A stretch of 64,000 nt of DNA from Chrysomallon squamiferum (GCA_012295275.1 CM022677.1:3844001-3908000); one strand, 5' to 3'; counted from the first letter of the stretch, positions 14,044 to 29,497 are shown. Notes: a model not told the origin generated them from the sequence alone. Numbers and translations are program-made.

Positions 14044-14757
14044 TTTGTTGTATATATGTATATATATGTATGTTTTGTTGTATATATATGTATGTATTTT
14101 TGTTGTATATATATGTATGTTTTTGTTGTATATATATATATATGTATGTTTTGTTTATATATGTATGTATGTTTTGTTGTATATATATGTATGTTTTGTT
14201 TATATATATGTATGTTGTATATATATATATGTTTGTTGTATATATATATGTTTTGTATATATATATGTATGTTTTGTTTTGTTGTATGTATATGTATGTA
14301 TGTATGTTTTTTTGTATATGTATGTATGTGTTTATTTTGTGGTATATATGTATGTATGTGTTTGTTGTATATATGTATGTGTTTTTGTTGTATATATATG
14401 TGTTTATGTTTTGTTGTATATATATGTATGTATGTTTTGTTGTATATATATATGTTTTGTTGTATGTATATATATGTATGTTTTGTTGTATATATATGTA
14501 TGTGTTTGTTGTATATATATGTATGTTTTGTTGTATATATATGTATGTGTTTTTGTATATATATGTATGTTTTGTTGTATATGTATGTATGTTTTGTTGT
14601 ATATGTATGTATGTTTTGTGGTATATGTATGCATGTGTTTGTTGTATATGTATTTGTATGTATGTATGTGTCTGTACATGTTTGTATGTGTGTCTGTTGT
14701 GTATGTGTGTGTTGTATGTATGTGTGTGTCTGTTGTATGTATGTTAATGTGTGTGTG

Positions 14758-14792
<35 letters not shown>

Positions 14793-14830
14793 CATGTGTG
14801 TGTTGTAATGTGTGTTGTGTAGGTGTGTGT
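13900..14830. repeat. Degenerate (TA)/(TG)/(TATG) low-complexity tract
   Basis: GTATATATATGTATGTTTTGTT-like units; the ORFs here are artefacts. Confidence 0.9.
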
Positions 14831-15801
14831 ATATTACGTAGTTGTGATGGAAACAGGTTTTAATATAGCATTCACTACGTTCAAGGGGAGACATTCTGTG
14901 TTTCTTTAAACTTGACCATATATAGCTTTTAAGCTCAGTTTGTATTTTCATTAGATTATTTTAGCTGTACAATGTTGATGGTTATTTTCTGTTTGGATAG
15001 CCGACTGATGAACACTGATCAGAGTAAGTTAAATAGATATAGAGCATTTTAAACAGATATTGGGAGAAAGTTTTTAGTTTTGCAATTTTTTTTTTTTTTT
15101 TTTTAATGATCAACTACAGCATAGTAACAAGAATCTAACAGAACAATATTTTTAATTATCTAACAGAAGAATTTTTATGTTTTTGTTTTTTTCTATTATT
15201 CAAATATAATTATAATCACAGACATTGACAAACGTTTCTAACACCGCAACCTTATTTATTTATTTATTTATTGTTGTTGTTATTATTATTATTATTCTTT
15301 ATGGTTTTCTTTATAATGTTCACTTTATTGCTTAGATATTAACGCCACTTACTGAAATTTTGCAATAAATTATATTGATTATTTTATTTTATTCTTCATT
15401 TAGGACATTTATTAATTCACCTTTTAATTTATAAACAGAGTAATTTGTCGCTCCATATCGATAGATGGATTTTTTATTTTATTTTATTTTTATTTTTTTC
15501 TTAATTATCGCTTTCAGTTTTTAAAAATTATTGACTTTTTTATTTATTTTATTTTCTCTTCCTTTCTTTTTTCTTTCTTTCCTCGATTATTTAATTCTGT
15601 CTTTTCTCATGTCTTGTTATCTCAGTCTGTCGTTCATTTTAGTCGTCTGATTTTTCAGAAACGTCTTTTTGTAGTTTCATTCTCTGACACTTTTGTTTTC
15701 TATCTCTTGTTCTCTCGTACTGTCTTTATTTTCATTTTCAAATCTTGTCTCTTTCCTCTCTGTCATTCTTGCCATTCTTCTTCTTCTTCTTCTTTTTCTT
15801 C

Positions 15802-15863
<62 letters not shown>

Positions 15864-16460
15864 GTTGTTGTTGTTGTTATTATTACTGTTATTTTGCTGT
15901 CGCTGTTGTTGCAGTGGTCTTATTGACAGTAATAATAAGAAATAAAACAGAAAGTCAACAGCGTTGTGGAAGAGGACGATTTAAATACATTAGAAAAAAT
16001 AATATCAACGACAGCGACAATAAAAATATAAAAATCGCTGCGTTTTCAAAATGTATTTAATATTCTTTGAAATGTGTTGTTGAAAAAAGACGAAATAAAC
16101 AAAGTGAATAACCCACAAAATTTCTTCTTCTTTTTTTTTTTTTAAATATGTTGAAATATAAGTTATTAGCGACTAACGAGTAACAAGCGACTACACTTTA
16201 AAACGTATGTAAAACAACACATGTAATATAATTCAGCAACATTGTCAGTACTAATATATTAAGTTCCAGCAGAAGTTGAAACAAAATATTATTTTACACT
16301 GTACAAACAAATACTTATTCATCGTTGAAATTATGGATTATTCAATACAACATTTTTTTAAACTATTTGATAACTTACTCTTTGTGTATGTCTGTATATG
16401 CGTGTCGATGTTTGTATGTATGTGTGTGTGTGTGTGTGTATGTGTGTGTTAAAATGAATA

Positions 16461-16513
<53 letters not shown>

Positions 16514-16956
16514 TATGTTCTTGTTGTTATTATTTTGCTTCAAACCAGTACTCAGAAATGGTGGGATGTGATATAAGTGCTTCTGCACTGGAAAACTATG
16601 ATTTGGATGTCGTGAAGTCATTCATCCGAAACCACGAATTGCCAAGAAATCTGACGTGTTTTCACTAAATATAATTGATAAATAAATAAATAAACTTAAT
16701 TCATTAATTGACATAAAACAGTCACTGCAACTACTGCTATTACTACTACTATTACTGCTGCTGTTGCTGCTACTATTAATACTCTACTACAACTACAACT
16801 AACAAATGCTATCAGTAACACTTTTACTACTGCTCTTACTATTACTACAACTTTTACTAGTTCTGGTGTCTTTGTATATTTTTTAATTTTATTTTGATCT
16901 TTGCAAGATATATGAATGAACGTAAGGATTGTCCAGTCTGTGTTTTGTCGCAAACT

Positions 16957-17397
<441 letters not shown>

Positions 17398-17599
17398 AAG
17401 CGGCTGTTTGCACGGGCTGACAGAAAAACAAACAACAACGAGGGCTTCTCTTTTGAAAGTTTAGTCTTAACCAGTCTCGTACAAGTATGAAGTACAAAAG
17501 GAATATAACACATCGGTGTATATTACATACAGTTTATTCTGTTTCAACAGTTTATTAACATAGACCATGATCATACAGAGTAATTGCTATTAGTAAATC

Positions 17600-17652
<53 letters not shown>

Positions 17653-17677
17653 TAATAATAATAACAATAACAATAAC

Positions 17678-17716
<39 letters not shown>

Positions 17717-17909
17717 CCTATTATTTAATGATCACCATTCACAGTAAATGGCGAGTAACAAACACGTCGTGTTTCACAGTCTTCATTTAGCAGACAACAA
17801 AAGTGTTTACTGATACAGTGGGAGATAATTCCTGTATCACTTGCATAGAGAGACAGCTTGAGTTATTTCCCTTTAGCGTTTCGAATTTATTCTTAATTAA
17901 TTGTTGCTT

Positions 17910-19320
17910 TGGAATAAAAGCTTTTGATAGAATATCGTTTAATTAAAGCAAAAAAAAAAAAAAATTCTTACTTCGGAGTTTCAAATGAAACATGGCTATC
18001 GACCTTTTCTAATAAACAGGAATCGTGTTTATATATTAATTACTAAACGCTTAAAACATGACAGAGGATATACACAAGGAGATCTGTTATTTCACTGTTT
18101 TCGTTTTGTGTGTTGAGATTCTTGGTAAGAAATAAAAAACATATATACAGGATTGAGATCAACGGCAATGAATTTAAAATTTCACATTTCGCCGACGACA
18201 CAAGTTCCTGTTAGGTTGGTCTGATAAAACTCTGTGAGCATCTGTGGAAACATTAAACTAGTTTATCGATATATCAGGTCTCAAAGTTAATACATATAAA
18301 ACAAATATAATAAAATTAGCCAACGACAAATTTGTTCATAAAAAAAGTGTTCAAAACAAAAATTAAAATGGACTACAGAATTCACAATGCTTGAGTACGG
18401 TTTTCCACGGATCTGTGTCAAATACAAGAATTAAACTTTAATGCAAAGTTGAATGAGGTTAAAAGGCTGCTTGAACAATTGTCAAAATATTCTTTCTCAC
18501 CTCTAGGAAAAATTACTGCAATCAAAAGTTTAGTTTTATCGAAAATTGTTTATTTTTTTCTTTCACTGACAAATCCAACAAACTATTTCTTTAAACTAGT
18601 AGAAACCTATCTCTTTCAGTGTATTTGGCCCGCCTGAAGATGAGCCATGTCTCGTGTGGTCCGCTTCTAGAAAAAGATTACTGATGTTTTATCTTGAGCT
18701 TCAATGACACTAGTTTTAGGTCAGCCTACAGTGAAGCAAAATTGCTGAAACGCACAAATTCCTTTTGTAAAATTGAACTATTTATATGGTTAAACTTTCT
18801 AGAGAAATGTCCAACGATAAGGGACACGATAAAAATACTATGTCAATAGATTTAGTATAACGTTCAAATTAAAACTGATAATAACTTAGTTTATTATAAG
18901 ACACTGCCAAAGAAAGGAATTTTAGTTCTAAAATAACGTTTTGTTAATGCCACCTGGCTTTCATGCATTGCATTTTGTAGAAAAGAAAATATAACTTTAG
19001 ACCAGTATTTACAGTTCACAACGGCGTGATGCTAGCTGTTAATAACTAGTGTAAACTGTTTTTATAAAATATATAAGAAAGCTAAATGGCAGGATATTTT
19101 GGTACAGAGGTCTGTGACAAATGGTGGACAAGTGAAAATCTTCTTCCACTCAAAGGTAACTTCAGACACAGAGCTTAGATATTATCAGTGTAAGATCGTG
19201 TTAGTTATCTTGACAACTAGTAAGCATTTCCTATTAAATGGCATAAAAAAGATTCAGATAAATGTGAATACGTTTAGTGAAAATTTAATGCGCTTTATGT
19301 TAATAAGTTCAGACATTCTG
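17910..19320 (+). mobile_element. Decayed L1/Tx1-type LINE ORF2 (reverse transcriptase) fragment
   Basis: Collinear RT motif remnants: KAFDRI (~17918), QGD (~18075), ISHFADDT (~18180), SGLKVN..KT (~18275), SPLGKITAIKSLVLSKI (~18497). Many stops and frameshifts. Confidence 0.8.
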
Positions 19321-19616
19321 TAAATATGTCATAGATGCTCAAGGATAGAATATGCAAAAATATACAAAGTTTAAATTTATTTTGTTATGCCATTTTGTAT
19401 GTTTCTTACAATAACATGCACATTTATTTATATGAAGAAATATTTATATATCTAAAACATGTTAATTCTTCCTCTTCTTCTTCTTTCTTCTTCTTCTTCT
19501 TCTTCTTCTTATTATTATTATTATTGTTGTTGTTTTTTTTTGTGTTTTTTTATTAGCCCTAAGAATTGTTACAGTCTGTGTCCGAATAATGTATTTTTTT
19601 TTTCTCTCCCCATTCC

Positions 19617-19695
<79 letters not shown>

Positions 19696-19706
19696 GTAGT
19701 GAAAAC

Positions 19707-19963
19707 ATGGCCACCTCAGCAGAAGTTTCAAGTTGGCAGACAGGGAAAACACTAACGGAATGTATTGAATACGTTTTTCATACGAGAACAGACAGCGACG
19801 TCAGATTTATTGTTGGAGAAGATGAAACAATGGTTGAAGCACATCGCTTCATCCTGATGATACGAAGCGATGTCTTCCACAAAATGATTATGGGAGAACT
19901 TCGCGAACAAAACAGCATCATCTTGCCTGATGTTCAGGCCGATATTTTTACAGAGTTTTTAAA
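19707..19963 (+). CDS. BTB/POZ domain exon of a BTB-BACK-PHR (BTBD1/2/3/6-like) gene
   Basis: WQTGKTL...SDVRFIVG...AHRFILMIRSDVFHKM...LPDVQADIFTEFLK. The phase-2 GTATGT donor joins the acceptor before 20241 to give KYLYTD. Confidence 0.88.
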
Positions 19964-19975
19964 GTATGTTAGCAA

Positions 19976-20022
<47 letters not shown>

Positions 20023-20240
20023 TGGAAACACATTTACACACAAACACACATACACACACACAAACACACAGAAACACAGACACACACAGCGACACAGGTA
20101 CGAACATACTGAGTAACGAAACATAGATACCGACATTGATAACAATACAGTTTTTGTTAGTAATCTGAATATTTTCTAATTAATTAATCTCCCATAATTA
20201 TCTCTCGTTTTGAAGTCTTACTATACATGCTTTTACACAG

Positions 20241-22203
20241 ATATCTTTACACGGATGACGTCGTCCTAACAGGCCACAACGTCACCTGTCTGCTATATCT
20301 ATCGAGGAAGTACATCGTCACGACACTGGAAGAACAGTGCGTGCGCTATTTGGAGTTCGTCGTTGTCGTCACGGAATGCGTGCGTCGTGCTGGAACAAGC
20401 TCACCTGTTTGTTGAACATGATCTAAGGAAAAACACTCTGATTTACATTTTGGAAAATGGCGACGAAGTTTTGAAGTCAGATGAAGTCACCGATCTTTGT
20501 CATGAATGTCTGGTTGAGATCGTACGATCAGACGAACTGGCAGCAGACGAGAAAAATGTTTTTGAAGCCGCTGTGAAGTGGGCTGACAGCGCATGCAGGA
20601 AGCAAGGGAGACAGACGAGTGAAAAAAACATACGTGAAGCACTGGAAGAGGTCGTGAAGCACTGGGAGGGAAGACTGGAGATGAAGCACTGGGAGAGCAC
20701 TGGGTCGTGAAGCACTCGTGAAGCACTGGGAGAGATCGAGAAGAACTGGGAGATGTCTGGGAGATGTGAAGCACTGGGGAGATGAAGCACTGGGAGATGT
20801 CGTGAAGCACTGGGAGAGGTCGTGAAGCACTGGGAGATGTGAAGCACTGGGAGAGATGACAAAGCACTGGGAGATGTCGTGAAGCACTGGGAGAGGTCGT
20901 GAAGCACTGGGAGAGGTGAAGCACTGGGAGATGTCGTGAAGCACTGGGAGAGGTCGTGAAGCACTGGGAGAGGTCGTGAAGCACTGGGAGATGTCGAGAA
21001 GCACTGGGAGATGTCGTGAAGCACTGGAAGCACTGGGAGATGTCGTGAAGAAGCACTGGGAGAGATAAAGTCGTGAAGCACTGGGAGAGGTCGAAGCACT
21101 GGGAAGAACTGGGAGATGTCGTGAAGCACTGGGAGAGGTCGTGAAGCACTGGGAGATGGGAGAGTGAAGCACTGGGAGATGTCGTGAAGCACTGAAGCAC
21201 TGGGAGGAGCACTGGGAGAGATGTAAAGCGTGAAGCACTGGGAGATGAAGCGTGAAGCACTGGGAGATGTCGTGAAGCACTGGGAGAGGTCGTGAAGCAC
21301 TGGGAGAGCACTGGGAGAGGTCGTGAAGCACTGGGAGCACTGGGAGATCGAGAAGAACTGGGAGATGTCGTGAAGCACTGAAGCACTGGGGGATCGTGAA
21401 GCACTGGAGAGATGTGAAGCACTGGGAGATGTCGTGAAGCACTGGGAGAGATGACAAAGCACTGGGAGATGTCGTGAAGCACTGGGAGAGGTCGTTATCC
21501 ATTACTCGATCAGACGTATTTTGTAGAACACGTGACACCCACTCACATACTCACTGACACAGAAGAACTCAATATTTTGAAACACTTGGTGAGCAGTGAT
21601 GAAGATGTTTCACCTTTTAACTCAAAGATGAAAACTGCAATGATTAAAACACAGATTACAATAAACAGGTTTAGTGAAACATATTCTGATTACTGGCCAT
21701 GTTCTGGTAAAGAAGATGAAGCCATTACTTTCTCTGTCAACAAAAACGTTTTACTTCGTGGATTTCAGTTGTACGGTCTCAGTCAACCACAAAACTACGA
21801 CGTCAGTGCCTTCGTCACTGACACAAGAACAGACGAAATACTGGACGGGTCTACACTGACACAGAGATATGAACACGACGTATCTGGCGTGTATGACGTC
21901 GTGTTCAGACGTCCAGTGAAGATTACTAAAGACACTGAGTACAGCTTGTTTGTTAATGTTAAGGGAGTCTCAAGGTGTGGACTTGAAGGTAAATCAGAAA
22001 TTGTTGTAGACTCTTTTGTTTGTAGATTTTCTGACTCACACAAATCTAAACACAGTGACAGACAACTTCGTACACGTGTGACAGACGGACAAATACCTGC
22101 TTTGTTATTTTTAGTGCTAAAAAACAACATCGTTCAAACACTGTCACTTTTAGTCATCACTGGGATCACATTTTTATTTTTATTTATTTATTTATTTATT
22201 TAA
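20241..22203 (+). pseudogene. BACK and PHR domain exon of the BTB-BACK-PHR gene, disrupted by a +1 frameshift and a minisatellite
   Basis: YLYTD...KYIV...C then a shift at ~20356 into NACVVLEQAHLF...EKNVFEAAVKWA. The repeat lies at 20633-21493, after which come RYPLLDQTYF and the PHR motifs EAITFSVNKNVLLRGFQLYG, VVFRRPVKI and GQIPALLF. Confidence 0.8.
20633..21493. repeat. 20-bp GC-rich minisatellite inside a coding exon
   Basis: Unit GTCGTGAAGCACTGGGAGA[G/T], with many irregular copies. Confidence 0.93.
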
Positions 22204-22328
22204 TTATTTATTTATTTATTGATTTGTTTACGTTTTTCTGATGACGTCATAAACACTAGATTTGATATTTTATAATGGATTGTGTCAAACAGATACGTGA
22301 AAAATGTATATTAACATTTCATTGCTTT

Positions 22329-22380
<52 letters not shown>

Positions 22381-22809
22381 TTCAATTATTTATTTATTTA
22401 GTTATTTAAGTATTTCTAATGATTTTTGTTTGTATACAAAACGTAATATTTTTAACTATTTTTTGCTTGATTTGTACTTTTTTTTATTTCACTTTAAAAT
22501 GTATATAAAAAAATAATGAAGTTTTCCTTTTTGTTGGTTATTACGAACAATAATAAAATACAGAAAAATGTGAGTAAAATAAATTTATTCTGACTAAACA
22601 ATTTGTATTTTAATATTTTAGGTGATATTTAAATAGTAATTTGCTTTTGTTTCCAGAGATTACCAATGATAAATTATATACTTTATTTTTTTTTTAGTTA
22701 CTGTAATTTTATTTATTAGAGTTATCAATAATCAATGTTACATTTTTTTAGTTAACTCACTTTTTTGTTAAGTTTTAGGAACCAATAAATGTAATTTATC
22801 ACTTTACAG

Positions 22810-23007
22810 GATAAACAAGCCCTTGCTGTCCAGAAAAAATGCCAGGTTCCTTCAGGCCAAGGATGACCACTTGACCATGTGTGTAGTGCACAGTTCAGTG
22901 AAGAACAATCACTTCTCCAGTCCTGACTGTTAAGAGAAATTTGTTCAGACTCAGACACTCAGATGTACTCAACATGTTTGTAAACAGATGCTGGGTATAA
23001 CAGACAA
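22810..23007 (+). pseudogene. Degenerate THAP-like domain exon
   Basis: Acceptor TTTACAG; translation contains HVCSAQFSEE (cf. VCSxHF) and L*TDAG (cf. LKxDAVP) with in-frame stops. Confidence 0.35.
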
Positions 23008-25899
23008 GTAATTCAGTTTACTACCAGATTTTATAAACTTTAAAATAATAAATTACTTAATTTCACCTGAGAATGTTTTAATATTAATATTATTACATAT
23101 AATTTTATTGTTTATTTGTAAATACAGACTTTGTCATTGATTTAGCAACTGTGATAACATAGCTTTAAGAGGAAATAGTCAATTGAACATGTATTTTAGA
23201 AAGTGTAAAATTTAAAATTTAGAATAAGGTAAAGATTATAGATTTATTTATTATCAATTTAAAAAAAGATAATAATAATAAAATAAAAATTAATTATATA
23301 TTATTTATTTTGAAAATTATTAGATTTATACTTAAAGGTTCTGCATGATTTGTTCAAACTTGTGTTAAACACACATTCCTAGATAATCAAAAATTCAGAA
23401 CACAAGAAATATTTTAATAAATTTTACAACTTGACTTTATTTTATTTCACTCGAGATACATATTTGTTGAAAACATCATTCCAAATTCAAATGAAGAAAT
23501 AAAATTATAATAGTTGTTCTACAAAAATGTACAATTTAATGTTTTATTTTCAGAAACAAGCTGGATGTTACATCAGAATCACCACAGAGTATAGAAATCT
23601 ATTTACAGCAGATTCTTACAGCAAAGAAATCACAGGACAGTTACAGACAATCAGATGTTTTACATGAGTGCTGTTTTAACAGGCTGAGTGATTGGTAAGT
23701 AAACTGTATGTACATCACATTTCTAATACGGACATTTTTGTTTTAAATGTATGAATGTCATGTCTGATGTTTTGGACACAAGCTGGTGTTGCACACAGAG
23801 TACAGAAATCTATTTACAGCAGATTCTTCACATCATGTTTGTTTAACTGTCTGCTTGACTGATAAATAAATGTAAACTTTTCTCTCACAAATTTTAATAA
23901 ACTTTTCCCTAAGGCCTTTCAGGAACCATGAAGTGTGAAAATTAATTTTAAATGGTCTGTTTCAGGCGATAGTTATTAATTATTATTTTTGATAATGACA
24001 GTGTGAGAAAAAACTCTACATTTTCACTGTTAATTAAGACAGCTATTTTTATGTTCAGTTTTCAGTTACATTTTTTAATACATGAGTAACAGACTCCCAA
24101 ACTGAAGATTGATACAAAAATCTGTTACTTCTTAGCACAGCTCTGTACTATTAAGTCACAAAACATCAGATTTGATTTATATCTAGTCTTCATTTTACAT
24201 GTCAAATTGTATAATCGCAGATTTAGAGGTGAACTTTTATAATAAAGACATATTAATATTGTGTATGCCATTCTGAATATTATTTTAATAAAGACGTATT
24301 TATTTTTGTTTTAAATTTTCAGGGTTGTTTATACTGAGAAGTGTTAATGACAATCATCTGTTCATTCTAAATGGCTTCTTGAGTCTGCCTCCAAGTTTTT
24401 CAAGTTTTCTGATCGCACTGAACTAAGCAAGCAGAAGAAATAGAAGATGAAATATCTCATCAAAAAAATAAAAAGAAGCTCAATGCTTGGAGAATACTAA
24501 GAACTTCTAGAAAAATCCACACCAAACCAAAGTTTAAAAACATTACTGTGTGAGACATGGACTACTTACTGAATAATTTATAAAACTGTGATTTCAGACT
24601 GGAAGTCACAATGTTGTTCATACAAGATATAGTTATATACAGACCAATATCCATAATGTTACCAAGTTCAGTTAAGTGTGTAAAAAAAGTACATTATTTT
24701 TTAAAAGTGATTTATGTTAGAAATCTTTGATTATAGCTTTTAAAAAAAAGGACATATTTTATATAAAGGTGTTTGGTCCAGGGGAGATAATTTCATTTTT
24801 TTATTTTATTTATAGAAAGAATCTACTGAATTATCTATACCAAATATAAAATAACAAAGAACACTAAGACTTCTGGTAAAGATTTACCAAATAAAGGTAT
24901 CGTAATAAAACATAAAATGGAAGTAGATAATTTTGTACATTTTGGAAGACAAAATCAGTAATTAGAAATTTTCGGAATAAATATTTTTCAGATTACAAGT
25001 TATTTATTGATGTTTTAAGTTTTTTTTAAACAAATATCTTAGTTATTTTTTATTTCATTTTGTACATTTTGTTATTATACTTTTGTTGGATAGATCAGAA
25101 ATCTTGGTATTTTTATATTTTACAGCACTCTTGGCTCTCATCTTTAAAACCTTATGAAACATTTTAAAACATTTTTAATTTAAAAGTTCAGTATTTTATA
25201 AAATGCTTTTCTAAATTTTTATGTAAGGAATTATATGACATTTTTCTAAAATTAAGTTTTTTGTATGAAAGAGTAGTTCTGATATTAATTTGTTTTCTTT
25301 TTGAAATAAACATTTTGAATTATTTTGTATTCTATTTTTAATTTAATATTTTTAGCTAACATTATCAAACATCCTAAGGTAAGGAATATTTTTATTTACA
25401 TAGTTTTGGTACATTAAAATCTTAATTAACATTGCAAATTTTTATATATTAGTAGCTGTACAAAATTATTAGAATTTTCTGATTCAGGGTGAGTACATGA
25501 AACATCTGTAACACAGAGAGAAAATAAAATTAAAAAATCACAGACTAGTTGAGGAATTTGATTACATATATTTATTTATTTGTATTTTAAAAACTGAAAA
25601 ACAAAACAGATTTCACCCATTTTATCTACTCAGTAAGAGATTTATAAACATTTACTCAGTCTGTCAGGAATTTTTCTTTACACTGTCAAACTAGAAGTGA
25701 AAACATCAGCCTAAGAGACACACACTGATGTACTGGGTGAACCAAAACATATTTTCTGAACTTTAACACTTCATATTTCCTATGTCACAGTTTGATGTGT
25801 AGATTGGGAAAACAATTCCTGACTGCAGCACTGTGAGAAGACAGCAACTGTTACAGTCTCTGATACTGCATTGTCCCACTCTGCTGTATGAGTCAGGTA

Positions 25900-27598
25900 A
25901 AGGACTAGCTCAGTCCTTCGTATCGTCAGTGTGGCGAGACATCACTCTCATGAACACTGCCTTCCCAAGTTTCTGTCTCATCTTGTTCTGCTGTTTTCTT
26001 CTCTCTGTTTCCTTTCTCTTCTCACCCAGCTTCAGTTTCAGACGTCACCTGCTCTTCAACTTCCTGTCTGTTGTATTTGCCACCGTCATGCACTGTCCTC
26101 TCAGTCATCTGCCAAGTGCTTTCATTTGGCAGCATAACAAATGAAGTGTTTAAACAAGCATCAGCTCATTTTCACAAGAACACAGACTTCAACAGCACTC
26201 TGCCGTTTACATGTTGTTTCTGTCCATGTAAACCATCACAGAACCATCAACATCGCTATCTTCTGCAACAGGAACAGAGGGTAAGGAAACTTCAACACAA
26301 ACATCCGGATTAATGTAAAACACTTCATAGCCTCTGTTTGCCATCTGACATTGACCTTCACCTACATTATTTTCAGTTGTCTGTGGTGTTAGCTGAGTGT
26401 CAGACAATGGACTGACACTTACTGGTTCATCTGACAGACAACTCTGTGTGGTGTTGGGGTCCAGAGAGGCAGTGGCTTCCACAGTTGTGTCCCCTTGACT
26501 TGGAAATCCATCAGCTGTGACGTGATGTATGAGGAAATTTCCTAGACATTGTTGGAGATGTTGTCCTGTTTCTTGGAGTTTTGTCTCTTTCCTGTGTTTT
26601 TCTTTGGCTGGTTTTAGTATTCAAGTTTTTCTCCCTGATTGCTCACATTTGACTGTTGAGATTGGTCACCTGGTGTAGTAACACTCTACAAGTTCATGCT
26701 GTCAGAGTTGTTGTAGTTGGACGTGGTCGGCTGCAGTGTGTGTTGCATGTCCAGGTAAACAGAACTGAGCTGCTCACTGGTGAAACTTTTACACAAGACT
26801 GAGTCGAATCTGATGTTGGACAAGAGTGAAGAACACACTGGTCTGAATCTGACTGGTGAGAGCACCGTCTCGTCTGTGTAAACAAATAAATCAATAAATA
26901 AAATACTGAATAAAATATTAAGTAAATAAACAAACAAATAAAATAGTAAATAAAATATTATCTAAACAAACGAACAAACCAATAAAATACAGAATAAAAT
27001 ATTAACTAAACAAACAAACAAATGAATAAAATAGTAAATAAAGTATTAATCATTTTTCTTTCTTTTTCCCCCTATTCAACTAACAAATATATTTTTTAAA
27101 CTATTATTGTTATACAACAAAAACAACAACTACTACTACTACAACTACTACTGTTCCTGTTTTTACACCTACTTTTCATTTGATTTTTATCATAATTTCT
27201 CATTTAACTCAAACTCCCTCTATTACTACTACTATTGCAACAATAAATCTACTATTAGTACTGCTACTACTACTACAACTAGTACTATGACTCATGCATG
27301 GTGAGATCCCCGCTAGAATTGGCAGGAACCAAATCCCTAAGAGTAGAACTTGAGAACTTTGGCGTACCACGTTTTGTCTTCGGGACATCTGAGCAGCGCC
27401 AGCCAGTGAAGACTAAGACATGAAAAAAACACGTAAACATTACACACCTCCTCTGTGCGGTCTACCTGCCCCAGGTAAATGAGCGCAGGTACAGGTAAGA
27501 GTATCACCGGGATTAAAGCCGTCGTTACAAACAGCGACAGCCACGCTACGTCGACGCGTGGAAGAACGGCTTGTAGCGCGAGACGACGGCGAGGACAT
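25900..27598 (-). pseudogene. Unidentified coding-like remnant: two exons, S/T/E-rich, multiple stops
   Basis: Candidate exon 27598-27466 (MSSPSSRATSRSS..., phase 1, weak donor) joins the acceptor exon at 26873 (DETVLSPVRF...). Downstream acidic frames are interrupted by stops. Confidence 0.35.
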
Positions 27599-27749
27599 TC
27601 TAGGACTCGTCAAAACTGACTGTTAACAAGTTCCAGGAAAACTTTGTTGGCAAAGCACTAGCTCTCACTTTGAAAAACTGTTTTTGTTTAAATAGAAACT
27701 GATTGTTTTGAATTTTAAAATACAGTATAAACAGTTAGGTGTTTCATTT

Positions 27750-27860
27750 AAAGGCGGCCATGCTTTGTGGACGCTAATAAAAGCGATCGATCGTGTGTTC
27801 ACGTGCGCGCTGCGCATGCCCAGTAGCTATTAAAATATGTTAACATGGCGTGGATCGCAA
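27750..27860. promoter_or_regulatory. CpG-rich promoter-like element (E-box and NRF1-like motif)
   Basis: CACGTG followed by GCGCTGCGCATGC in a CpG-enriched patch, with ATGGC-type starts diverging on both strands. Confidence 0.35.
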
Positions 27861-28022
27861 TAATTGTATTGTTCGTTTGCTTCGTTTGTATTCAGCGAAA
27901 TCTCTTTAATTACTTCTTAATTTGGCCTACTTTAAGCCACTGTGAAAAAAATATTCAAAAAAAAAAAAAAAAAAATAAAAAATACTGTCATAAAGATATT
28001 TAGGTGACTAAAGATAATACTG

Positions 28023-28090
<68 letters not shown>

Positions 28091-28251
28091 TAATAATAAC
28101 AATAATAATAATCATAATGATGATGATGATGATGATGATGATAATAATAATAACAACAATAATAATAAAAGCGACAACAACAATAAATTATAATACCAGG
28201 AACGTCAACAAAGGTGATATTTGTTATTAATACCCAATGCAATAATTGTTA

Positions 28252-28742
28252 TTTGATTGGTTTATAAGTAGACAATATAAATATATGTATACTAACATTT
28301 CACCTAGTTTGTTAGCTAACGTTTGATTGGTTTATAAGTAGACAATATAAATATATGTATACTAACATTTCACCTAGTTTGTTAGCTAACGTTTGATTGG
28401 TTTATAAGTAGACAATATAAATATATGTATACTAACATTTCACCTAGTTTGTTAGCTGACGTTTGATTGGTTTATAAGTAGACAATATAAATACATGTAT
28501 ACTAACATTTCACCTAGTTTGTTAGCTAACGTTTGATTGGTTTATAAGTAGACAATATAAATATATGTATACTAACATTTCACCTAGTTTGTTAGCTAAC
28601 GTTTGATTGGTTTATAAGTAGACAATATAAATATATGTATACTAACATTTCACCTAGTTTGTTAGCTAACGTTTGATTGGTTTATAAGTAGACAATATAA
28701 ATACATGTATACTAACATTTCACCTAGTTTGTTAGCTAACGT
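28252..28742. repeat. 70-bp minisatellite, 7 copies
   Basis: Unit TTTGATTGGTTTATAAGTAGACAATATAAATATATGTATACTAACATTTCACCTAGTTTGTTAGCTAACG. Confidence 0.96.
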
Positions 28743-29497
28743 GGTTATGCACAGTATTTAAGTATATTTATTTGTTCGTAAAGATTATATCATAATAAAT
28801 TATTTACAGCATTATGTACGGTATTATATTCATACTTATGTTCATTCATTACATTTCATTTCTGCATATTAATGAAAATTATTATTTCAGTATTTTGCTT
28901 TCTTATATTAAAATGTTGTTATAATTATTGTTGCAGTGGATGATATGCTTGTCCCTTTCATAACTGAGACCAATATTGTCACTGAAGCGGAGATAATTGA
29001 ATTTTCCTTAAACTTGACTTATCAGTCATTGAAAATATTCAGCTTATTCCTAATTTGTTTTCATAATTATCAGTTTACATTGTCACATTGATAATAGCTG
29101 GGATGTCACATATTATTCTACATACATTTTTTTAAAATCAAAAGTAATTTGTTATTACAAATATCATTTTACATTTTCATACTGATAATGATAATTGTCA
29201 CGGAATTCGGAATGCGTAACAAATTTATCTTTCTGCGACGCCCGGCTGTTTATTTTTATGTCATGGAATTGAAATTGCGTCACCAACTGTTACTTCAATC
29301 ACATCCGCGCCGCCAATTTTTCAAATCCATGGTGTTGTTGTAAAAGGGCTCGCATTTGGTAATTAAGGAGAGAAGAAAAAGGCCAACACGAGAGTTCAGT
29401 CAGGACGAGAGCTGATGTTTTTGAATGACATGGTCTTTACGAACGAGTGTGGTAAGCAATTGTCTGTTCTTCCTTTCACATATTTTTAGTTCAAAAC

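Noticed and set aside
20650-21490. Intron gain by tandem duplication of the AGGT inside the 20-bp repeat
   Set aside because: Splicing from the first AG|GT to the last AG|GT leaves the downstream RYPLL frame out of phase, and there is no polypyrimidine tract.
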